From the UHGV virus genome UHGV-1554766: a stretch of 11,272 nt of DNA. The stretch is one strand, 5' to 3'. Below, in pieces: positions 1 to 6,716 of the stretch. Source of the DNA: a virus. The position numbers were made by a program, and so were the translations under genes. The notes beneath the pieces are model-generated. The model saw only the letters and a program-made list of their open reading frames with translations, was not told where the DNA came from and ran no database searches. Each line of letters starts with the position of its first letter. The first letter of the stretch is position 1.

Positions 1-353
1 CGCTGGTCTTCATCAATGAATCCCATGCCTTTACGAACGGATTCAATCTGGTCTGGATATTGAGTAGCCAACTGACGCAAAGCACCGCGATCACCAGAAG
101 CATAAGCATTAGCGTATGCCTGCTGAAATTCTTTCTGCCGCTGAGCCTGCTTTTCCTGCTGAAACACCCCCGCAATACCTGAAAGGCCTTGCAAAGCAGT
201 CAGCCCAACATTGTTAGCGCCTGAACGCTCAATATCATTGTTCTGCCTGATAAGCTGAAGCGTATTGCCGATGTCATTTACGCTCGGAGCGTTTGAGTTG
301 ACGCCGCCGATACCAGCCAACAATCCGCCGTTTGTTCCTTGCCAAGTAGCCAT
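1..353 (-). CDS. DNA ejection protein, P22 gp20-like; 5' portion only (ATG at 353..351, gene continues beyond window start)
   Basis: Hand translation of the minus strand from ATG 353..351 is open to position 3 (117 codons, no stops): MATWQGTNGGLLAGIGGVNSNAPSV... Preceded by GGGG Shine-Dalgarno (taaGGGGTAATCatg) 9 nt after the gp7-like stop. Product assigned by position after gp7-like in the P22/Sf6 order (26-14-7-20), not by recognised sequence. Confidence 0.55.
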   Translation of the reverse strand, partial: MATWQGTNGGLLAGIGGVNSNAPSVNDIGNTLQLIRQNNDIERSGANNVGLTALQGLSGIAGVFQQEKQAQRQKEFQQAYANAYASGDRGALRQLATQYPDQIESVRKGMGFIDEDQ

Positions 354-362
354 GATTACCCC

Positions 363-1055
363 TTAAAACAACGAGCCAAGCAATCCGATACCAGCACCAA
401 TGCCAGCGCCCCAAGGCGTTGATGTTCCCAAAAGGCTGGCAAGACCTGCACCGGCAATCGCACCAGACGTGCCACCGCTAATTGCAGTCTGAAGACTTGA
501 TGGTTTGTTGGCATTAGCAGCGGCAAGAGCTGCGCTTTGCTGTGCAATGCTGCTCATGTTGTTGGCGTACGTCTGCCCGGCGTTTGCCTGACCTTGCAGA
601 GCACCAAGCCCAACGTTTGCCAGATTGTTGTAATTGCTCATCTGGTTTGATAACCAAGACTGACCGAGAGTCGGCGCGATCGTAGCCAGTTGATTGCTTG
701 TGGCTGTCGAACCAAGTCCACCCGTCGCCTCCGCAGCAGCGAGACTCTGGTAACGCGCCTGACCTGCAAGGTCTTTATACTGCTGAGAGTTGTAATACTG
801 ATTAAGTGCCTGCCCCTGACCTTCTAAACTGGAAAGGTTCTGAAGCTGGTTAACATACTGTTCCGCAAGAGGCGTGAACGGAGCAAGGTTTTTCATGATC
901 GTCTGCCACTGCTGATTTTGCAGGTCTGCTGCATACTTCTGAGCTTCTGCGGCATACTTTGCGCTTTTATCAGAACTGCCACCTTTCCCACCCTTTTCAG
1001 GGCAATAAGGTTCCTCGCCGCGCAGTTTTCTGCCCAGCTTAAATGCATATAACAT
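363..1055 (-). CDS. DNA ejection (injection) protein, P22 gp7-like, 230 aa
   Basis: ORF track 363..1055. Length close to P22 gp7 (about 229 aa as I recall). N-terminus MLYAFKLGRKLRGEEP...KGGKGG; C-terminal about 35 residues are Gly/Ala-rich and hydrophobic (GAIAGAGLASLLG...GAGIGAGIGLLGSLF). GGGAGA Shine-Dalgarno 5 nt upstream of ATG. Synteny after gp14-like. Confidence 0.75.
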   Translation of the reverse strand: MLYAFKLGRKLRGEEPYCPEKGGKGGSSDKSAKYAAEAQKYAADLQNQQWQTIMKNLAPFTPLAEQYVNQLQNLSSLEGQGQALNQYYNSQQYKDLAGQARYQSLAAAEATGGLGSTATSNQLATIAPTLGQSWLSNQMSNYNNLANVGLGALQGQANAGQTYANNMSSIAQQSAALAAANANKPSSLQTAISGGTSGAIAGAGLASLLGTSTPWGAGIGAGIGLLGSLF

Positions 1056-1057
1056 GG

Positions 1058-1513
1058 CTATCTCCCGTGATTCAGGAAGTCGATTAGTTCTTCGCGTGTG
1101 GCGCTGTAAAAAGTCACGTCATCCACGCCTTTGAAGTATTTCTTGATGGTTCCTACACGCTTAAGGCCAATCATTGCGCAGTACATCTGACCGTGGCGGA
1201 ATTTGCGTGCAGCGAACGATGTTACGCACTGAACGGTGGTGTTAGTCAGAATGTATCGCCAGAACGCCAGCCCGATTTCCTTGCTGAATCCACGAACCTC
1301 TGGCAGGTACATGGCGTGGCAATCGAATGTCAGCGGCTGAATCTCCTGATAGTAAACAATGCCGCCGAACTGCCCGTGCACGTTCACCTCAAAGTAACGG
1401 CAATCATGTTTATAGTCGTATCCATCACCGTTGTTGCTCCCGGCAATAATGTCAGGGTGATTTCCGACTGCTTCGATCAGGTCGATGTTTCGCGTTGGTT
1501 TGAACTGAATCAT
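1058..1513 (-). CDS. P22 gp14-like virion-associated protein, 151 aa (function poorly defined)
   Basis: ORF track 1058..1513. Start ATG overlaps the tail-needle stop by 1 nt (TAATG). Sits at the position of P22 gene 14 / Sf6 gene 10 between tail needle and gp7-like. Product name is by synteny only. Confidence 0.65.
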   Translation of the reverse strand: MIQFKPTRNIDLIEAVGNHPDIIAGSNNGDGYDYKHDCRYFEVNVHGQFGGIVYYQEIQPLTFDCHAMYLPEVRGFSKEIGLAFWRYILTNTTVQCVTSFAARKFRHGQMYCAMIGLKRVGTIKKYFKGVDDVTFYSATREELIDFLNHGR

Positions 1514-2361
1514 TACTGCTCCGCGATTATCTTGATGGTTGTTGCAGTAAACGCCGCACCATTCGACTGAATGGTTAACGTACTGCCATTTGTGGCAAGA
1601 AAGCCGTCTTTATCCACGCTGAAGAACGTAGCTAACAGGATGTTATCGGTTGTTGTCGCCGAGTTGCGACTGCTTACCAGTGTGTCAGGAACAGAGCCGG
1701 AAAAGGTTAGCTGCATTGATCTGTTGGCGGTTCCGCTGGGCCACGCCCCGACGATCGACAGCTTGAAGAACAAGGTTTTGTTCTCGTTGAACACAACCAT
1801 CTTGTTGTTAACGGTGTCGAAGAATGGTGCCAACGAGCCTGATGACGGCGTGAGCGTTTTCAGCAGGCTAACAAGGTTGGTCGGCGCTGTCGGGATGGTT
1901 ACAGATACGCCAGAGTAAACAACCTCTGACTTCTTGCGAGTAGTGGCATACTCCAGAGCATCGATGCGCGTTTCATGGTCTGAAACCTGCGACTCCAGCG
2001 ACTGAACTCTGGTATCAAGCGACGCAATATCGCTTTCATTCTGAGCGATTCGCGTTTCATGTTCCTGAAGAGTTGATTCTGCCTGGCTGATTCGCTCCTC
2101 ATGATTAACAAGCGTTGCTTCCGCAGCAGAAATTCGCTGCTCATGGTCAGCGAGAATCACATCCTGCTCATCGTTCCTGACTTGTGCGTCATAAGCACCC
2201 TGTCCGGCCTCGTTGGCTTTGTTCGCCACGTTACCAACATCAGTGCCCTGTGCGATAACGTAAAGCAGATACGACTGCGAGAAGATATTGCGTGGAAGGA
2301 CTGATGTGTCGAGCCGTGTAGCCTGAATGATTACCGGCACATTGAGATTCGAATCCGCCAT
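1513..2361 (-). CDS. Tail needle (cell-envelope penetrating plug) protein, P22 gp26-like with Sf6-type C-terminal knob, 282 aa
   Basis: N-terminal about 60 aa ([43 protein letters not shown]...NDEQDV) closely match my recollection of the P22 gp26 N-terminus. Central segment has HE-x-RI heptad-type repeats typical of a trimeric coiled coil. About 50 aa longer than P22 gp26 (233 aa as I recall), with a Ser/Thr/Asn-rich C-terminal domain. Start overlaps gp10-like stop (TAATG). Confidence 0.9.
   Translation of the reverse strand: MADSNLNVPVIIQATRLDTSVLPRNIFSQSYLLYVIAQGTDVGNVANKANEAGQGAYDAQVRNDEQDVILADHEQRISAAEATLVNHEERISQAESTLQEHETRIAQNESDIASLDTRVQSLESQVSDHETRIDALEYATTRKKSEVVYSGVSVTIPTAPTNLVSLLKTLTPSSGSLAPFFDTVNNKMVVFNENKTLFFKLSIVGAWPSGTANRSMQLTFSGSVPDTLVSSRNSATTTDNILLATFFSVDKDGFLATNGSTLTIQSNGAAFTATTIKIIAEQ
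1960..2150 (-). repeat. In-frame imperfect DNA repeats inside the tail-needle gene encoding HE(Q/E/T)RI coiled-coil motifs
   Basis: Plus-strand motif cg(c/t)g(t/c)t(t/c)catg(g/a)t recurs near 1967, 2050, 2096 and 2137. Spacing of about 42, 46 and 83 nt matches the protein motifs DHEQRIS, NHEERIS, EHETRIA and DHETRID. Confidence 0.5.
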
Positions 2362-3779
2362 TACTCAATCCTTATCTGGCAGCCAGACAGAGTGACAGGT
2401 GACTTCGTGATAACGCGCAATTTGAAGCCAATGTTTTTCCTGATGCGCCCTACTCTCTTCCACAAAACGCGTTTGTCGTAAACGAACGGTTCATTCTGCT
2501 CAATCATCTGCTCACGGCCGTAATTGATGCCGTCAGTTGTAGCAGAGAGGAACAGGCGGTCAGCGTACTGCGCAACACCAGTTGACGATTCAACTTCAAG
2601 GTCAAACACTCTTGCGTTATCCGCTTTGAACAATGGAGTAAACAGCAGGTGTTCCTGTTGCTTGTCGTACTGGCTGCTGATATCGAACTGCAGTTTCCCG
2701 GTCACGGACTCCAGTTTATCGCCGCACGTTATCTGATTGCCTTCGTAAATGAAGTCGATAGCGCGGTACACATCGTCATACAGGCCTGTTTTCAGCACAC
2801 ACCATTGCGGACCATTAGCGCTTGAAGATGCGTCATACACTAGGACGTGGCGCGGCAGGTGGATAATCAGCAACTCATGAGCATCAAAGCGCAACGATTC
2901 CATCACGCCATCAGCCAGTTCATCAGCAGTGTAGGAGCGGAGGATTTTCTCAATGCTCGCGCTGGCAATTGGTGACACCTGACCGGAGCCGATGATATAC
3001 ACAGACGGCGCACCCGTTGCCGGATTGCTGATGAACGCATACGAATCAGCAAACGGCGTTTTGCAGTAAGTCCCGGCAATACCTTTCTGCACCATCAATG
3101 ATGGCTGTGCGACATACAAAGCGGCACCAACGGTGGTTGCCCCCGTCAGGGAGAAATATTCAATCGTCGATGAACCAAAGCAGACGATGAAGTCTCGCCA
3201 TGTTCCGATGCCGATGATGCCGTCAGGCTGAGACTCAGCACGATATTGTGCGCTGTAACGGTCAGGATGCGATTCGTCTTCAAGGTCAGTGATAAACCAT
3301 GAATCAGTTCCGTCTTTTGACCACGCATAACGCCCACGTAAGCGCGTAATGTCACGAACCGAACCTAACTCATACTGCGTGAATCCGCTGTCTGTAGGCC
3401 AGTTTGAGACGGTTTTAACCGTGCCATCATAGCGATACTCGACCAGTTGACCATTAACGCCTACAGCCTGAGATGTCCGACCATGCGCCATTGATACGCG
3501 ACCACTTCCGGCGACGTCACCGACTTCACTTTCTCCTTTGTACAGTTTGCCACCACACACGCGATAAACAGCATTCTGCGCCATGTTGTACTCGACGCCT
3601 CGTGATACACCGTTCACATCAGAACGTTTGGCAATGCCCGGGAATGAGCGAAGATATCCGCTGCTGTTCAGGATTTCTTTGGGTGTAGCCAACATATTCA
3701 CTGGCAGATAGTCGATATAGTCGGCGTTTCGAAAGTCTTTGCCGACACCTTTCATAAGCGGAAGTTGCTGAATCGGCAT
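2361..3779 (-). CDS. Tail accessory factor / head completion protein, P22 gp10-like, 472 aa
   Basis: ORF track 2361..3779. Length identical to P22 gp10 as I recall it (472 aa). Lies between gp4-like and the tail needle as in P22 (4-10-26). GGTGA Shine-Dalgarno upstream of ATG, 9 nt after the gp4-like stop. Confidence 0.85.
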   Translation of the reverse strand: MPIQQLPLMKGVGKDFRNADYIDYLPVNMLATPKEILNSSGYLRSFPGIAKRSDVNGVSRGVEYNMAQNAVYRVCGGKLYKGESEVGDVAGSGRVSMAHGRTSQAVGVNGQLVEYRYDGTVKTVSNWPTDSGFTQYELGSVRDITRLRGRYAWSKDGTDSWFITDLEDESHPDRYSAQYRAESQPDGIIGIGTWRDFIVCFGSSTIEYFSLTGATTVGAALYVAQPSLMVQKGIAGTYCKTPFADSYAFISNPATGAPSVYIIGSGQVSPIASASIEKILRSYTADELADGVMESLRFDAHELLIIHLPRHVLVYDASSSANGPQWCVLKTGLYDDVYRAIDFIYEGNQITCGDKLESVTGKLQFDISSQYDKQQEHLLFTPLFKADNARVFDLEVESSTGVAQYADRLFLSATTDGINYGREQMIEQNEPFVYDKRVLWKRVGRIRKNIGFKLRVITKSPVTLSGCQIRIE

Positions 3780-3788
3780 TTATTCACC

Positions 3789-4250
3789 TCACGTACTCGG
3801 ATCATCTTTCTCGATGTAAAACCGATTCCACGTAAACGCGCTTTTGTTACCACTACCGCGAGGCATGTCATTTCGCCGCTCAAGTGGTGGTATTTTGGTT
3901 AAAGCGATGCAAATTGTCTGGTATGCACTGTCAGCAGCGGTAAGGAGAACGTCTGACGGCTGAATGACGTTATCCATGCACACTTGCACAGCGAGTTTCA
4001 AGGCGACGCCATCATTTGCCCATGCAGGGATACCTGAATCATCGTCAGGTAACGGCATGATGCCGTTTTCTGTATCAGCAAACTGATATCCAAGCTCGAT
4101 ACCTTTAGCCTGCCATGCTGCCATCATGTCTTCGAGGTCATTAATGGCATCTTCAATTGCCTGAGGGTCAGCATCTGTCAACGTGGCATTGGAATACAGC
4201 CCAGCTTTTCGTAAAGCCTTTAGAACGAGATCACCCTTCGTTTTCGCCAT
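3789..4250 (-). CDS. Tail accessory factor / head completion protein, P22 gp4-like, 153 aa
   Basis: N-terminus MAKTKGDLVLKALRKAGLYSNATLTDADPQAIEDAINDLEDMMAAW resembles the P22 gp4 N-terminus as I recall it (..KTKGDLV..ALRKLG..ATLTD..PQ...DA.DDLEAMMAEW). Size close to P22 gp4 (about 166 aa). Synteny. Confidence 0.85.
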   Translation of the reverse strand: MAKTKGDLVLKALRKAGLYSNATLTDADPQAIEDAINDLEDMMAAWQAKGIELGYQFADTENGIMPLPDDDSGIPAWANDGVALKLAVQVCMDNVIQPSDVLLTAADSAYQTICIALTKIPPLERRNDMPRGSGNKSAFTWNRFYIEKDDPST

Positions 4251-4419
4251 CTTCTTCCGCCTTAGCCACTTTTTGCTTCGTTGCGGTTTCTTCAGGAGTT
4301 TTTACCCAACCTTTTTTCAGGTGAGATTTAACTTCTTCGTCATCAACAATGATGTAATCGACAGCAAACTGACCACAGGTGATCATGTTGCCAGGCTTAT
4401 AGAGCATTGTTCGTGCCAT
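4231..4419 (-). CDS. Small hypothetical protein, 62 aa, at the position of Sf6 gene 6 (between coat and gp4-like)
   Basis: The track ORF 4231..4458 starts inside the terminator hairpin. The internal ATG at 4419..4417 has a well-spaced Shine-Dalgarno (GGGAGAAGACAatg) and gives MARTMLYKPGNMITCGQFAVDYIIVDDEEVKSHLKKGWVKTPEETATKQKVAKAEEDGENEG. Its 3' end overlaps the gp4-like start by 20 nt in another frame. Confidence 0.5.
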   Translation of the reverse strand: MARTMLYKPGNMITCGQFAVDYIIVDDEEVKSHLKKGWVKTPEETATKQKVAKAEEDGENEG

Positions 4420-4430
4420 TGTCTTCTCCC

Positions 4431-4454
4431 AATAAAAATGGGGCCGAAGCCCCA
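4431..4454 (-). terminator. Rho-independent terminator directly downstream of the coat gene
   Basis: Plus strand 4439..4454 tggggc-cgaa-gcccca forms a perfect 6-bp GC-rich stem with a 4-nt loop (UUCG on the minus-strand transcript). On the minus strand it is followed by TTTTTATT (4438..4431). It begins 7 nt after the coat stop codon. Confidence 0.7.
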
Positions 4455-4460
4455 CCAAAA

Positions 4461-5714
4461 TTACTGCCCGGCAATAACGATGCCCGTATATTCAGGAACC
4501 AGTACAGAGCAACCGTACAGAGTGGTGAAACGTGCAGTGGTTACGCCTTTGATGTGGTCGAAGGCGTAAGACATGATCAGCGTAGCGCCCTGCTCGGTGG
4601 TTGCTGTCATTACCTGTGGCCCCTGACCAGTCGGGAATGCCAGTTTGCCGTACATCAGTTCAACAGAACCATCAGCCCAGAATAGGTTAGCCGGTGCTGC
4701 GTTCTTGTTGAGAATGGTGATTGCTGCTGATTCTGCCGGTTTGGCATCGACGTTTGCATATGGACGACTCGCAACATCAGTATTTTCAACAGGGAGAATC
4801 TTTGGAGAAATTGTTACGGTAGTTCCGCTAACAGCCAGAACACGGAATACCTGCGGTTGACCGGTGGTATCTTTTGTGATCTGGTGTACGGAATTCACAC
4901 CGGCAATGGTGAACGCATCACCAACCTGCAAGCCAGATGCAGATACCGTAATAGTCCCCTGTCGGTTATCAACTGGCATACCATTTGAATCTTTCGCTTC
5001 AACCTTGTGTTCAGGTTGGCCTGATACTGTCAAGGATTCAGTGCTTCCTTTCGGTAATCGACCAGAAATATCGGTCTTGTAGCTATCAAAGGACGCAACC
5101 GGAGGGATCTGCGCTTTTTCGTATGCTGTCAGGGTTGCGCCCTGAGCATAGGCACGGTGACCAAGCTCGCCAGCAAGGTCTTTGTAGTTGAAGGGGTTCC
5201 AGAAAGAGCGGCGGTTGATACCCTGTGGTACACCAATCGCCGTCATGGTGGCATCAATACCTGCCGCACAGTTCCACAAATCACGGCCCTGTGAACCAGT
5301 GGTTGAGTCAGCCATTGTGATCACGTTAGTAGCACGCTGCGTGACCATGGAAATCAGGTCAGAGTCAATCTGTGCAGCAAGGCGCATACCTGCGGCTCGA
5401 CCAGCTTCAGTTTTATGTTCCGGGTCACGCATTTCACGCGCATCCAGAGTGTACAGAATGTTTTTCGGCTCCTTGAACACAGAAGGAACAAGGCGCTGAA
5501 CCAGTGCTGTAGGCGTTTTGCCGCTGAGATCGAGGCCTTCTTCAATGTTCATGTGGTAATGCTGCGGACGATACAGAACATCACCTGCTCGCTGCATTGC
5601 TGTATCACCGGGACGGAATTTTTTAGCGTTACGGGAAACTACGCAGGCGGCCTCAAAGCCTTCAACGTAGTTTTCGAACATGATTTCAAGGTCTTTTGCT
5701 AATTGGTTAGCCAT
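4461..5714 (-). CDS. Major capsid (coat) protein, P22 gp5-like, 417 aa
   Basis: ORF track 4461..5714. Size near P22 coat (430 aa). C-terminal segment RPYANVDAKPAESAAITILNKNAAPANLFWADGSVEL resembles P22 coat [37 protein letters not shown] as I recall it. Directly downstream of scaffold as in P22 (8-5). GGAG Shine-Dalgarno upstream; strong terminator after the stop. Confidence 0.9.
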   Translation of the reverse strand: MANQLAKDLEIMFENYVEGFEAACVVSRNAKKFRPGDTAMQRAGDVLYRPQHYHMNIEEGLDLSGKTPTALVQRLVPSVFKEPKNILYTLDAREMRDPEHKTEAGRAAGMRLAAQIDSDLISMVTQRATNVITMADSTTGSQGRDLWNCAAGIDATMTAIGVPQGINRRSFWNPFNYKDLAGELGHRAYAQGATLTAYEKAQIPPVASFDSYKTDISGRLPKGSTESLTVSGQPEHKVEAKDSNGMPVDNRQGTITVSASGLQVGDAFTIAGVNSVHQITKDTTGQPQVFRVLAVSGTTVTISPKILPVENTDVASRPYANVDAKPAESAAITILNKNAAPANLFWADGSVELMYGKLAFPTGQGPQVMTATTEQGATLIMSYAFDHIKGVTTARFTTLYGCSVLVPEYTGIVIAGQ

Positions 5715-5732
5715 GCTTAATGCTCCGATAGG

Positions 5733-6626
5733 TTATTTTTTTGCCTTTTTAGCGGCGAAATACGGCGTCCAGTCACCAGTTTCCAGCGCCTTGGCTTTCA
5801 ATTTGTCGAGGTTGTTGATTACTGCGCCGTTGCTCCCCTTAACTGTCGGGGTTGTGGCTGCCGTGGTTTTTGCTTTTGGCATGATTCTGGCCTTCGATTC
5901 GATACGTTCCAGCAGACGACCAATTGCTACGGGGTTGGTAGCTTCTGCCAGTTGCTTGCGCAGTTCAGCGTTGCGACCGAGTGCCAGAACAACGATTTCC
6001 GGCTTCTCTGACTCAAACAGGATCGCGTTTTGTGTCTCGATGGGGATTTCCTCGAGTACGGCCTGTTCTGCTTCCTGATAGCCAGGAACCTTGAGAGCCT
6101 TAACACGTTGCTGATATTTGGATAATCGCTCTTGATAAGCAGCCTGAAGCTCCTGCTCCTTCTGCTTGCGAGCCATCTCCTGTTGCTGGTACTTTCCGTT
6201 ATCCTCTGCCCACTTAGCCATGCGTTGCTGATAGATTTCTTCATCGAAACCGATGTCCTCATCATCCAGTTTTGGCATTCGCGGTGGTTGAGTGATTACC
6301 GGCTGCTGCTCGACGGGTTTCTGAGACTGACGCATCAGCTCTTTCAGCTCGCGGTCTTTCTCTTTAATCGTCTTGCGAAGGTGTTTTACCAGTCCATGCT
6401 CTGCGCCATCTTCGCTGGTTGGCGAATCCAGCTTTTCGTCACCAAAGTAGAATTCCTGTTCTGATTCGTCGTCATCAGTTTCAGTAGCTTCCTCTGCATC
6501 ATTGCCGGAGGACTCACTGCCATCTTCTGTTTCGACTTCTTCAGCCAGTTCGACATCATCAGGAATCTGCTCTGACGCGTCGGTTTCGATTTCAACTTCT
6601 GGTGTGTTTTCTGCCATCTGGTCCAT
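5733..6626 (-). CDS. Scaffolding protein, P22 gp8-like, 297 aa
   Basis: ORF track 5733..6626. Very acidic N-terminal third (D/E-rich), charged central helical region (QQEMARKQKEQELQAAYQERLSKYQQRVKALK) and basic C-terminus (KLKAKALETGDWTPYFAAKKAKK), consistent with a coat-binding C-terminal helix-turn-helix. Size near P22 gp8 (303 aa). Between portal and coat. AGGGG Shine-Dalgarno 6 nt upstream of ATG. Confidence 0.85.
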   Translation of the reverse strand: MDQMAENTPEVEIETDASEQIPDDVELAEEVETEDGSESSGNDAEEATETDDDESEQEFYFGDEKLDSPTSEDGAEHGLVKHLRKTIKEKDRELKELMRQSQKPVEQQPVITQPPRMPKLDDEDIGFDEEIYQQRMAKWAEDNGKYQQQEMARKQKEQELQAAYQERLSKYQQRVKALKVPGYQEAEQAVLEEIPIETQNAILFESEKPEIVVLALGRNAELRKQLAEATNPVAIGRLLERIESKARIMPKAKTTAATTPTVKGSNGAVINNLDKLKAKALETGDWTPYFAAKKAKK

Positions 6627-6716
6627 TTGTTACCCCTGTTTACTCGATGTTCAGCCCATCGGAAGGCAATAGGGTGCCAGGCCTCATAAAGACAGCCATT
6701 GCACGTTATGGGTTAA

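Noticed and set aside
4231-4458. Track-defined 75-aa version of the small ORF starting at 4458
   Set aside because: Its first 13 codons lie inside the terminator stem-loop and U-run and lack an RBS. The internal ATG at 4419 with GGGAG at 6-nt spacing is the more plausible start.
6627-6716. Possible promoter in the portal-scaffold spacer
   Set aside because: The best -35/-10 candidates (TTGCCT ... GAGTAA) are poor matches to the sigma70 consensus. Late genes of P22-like phages are transcribed from a single upstream late promoter by antitermination, so an internal promoter is not expected.
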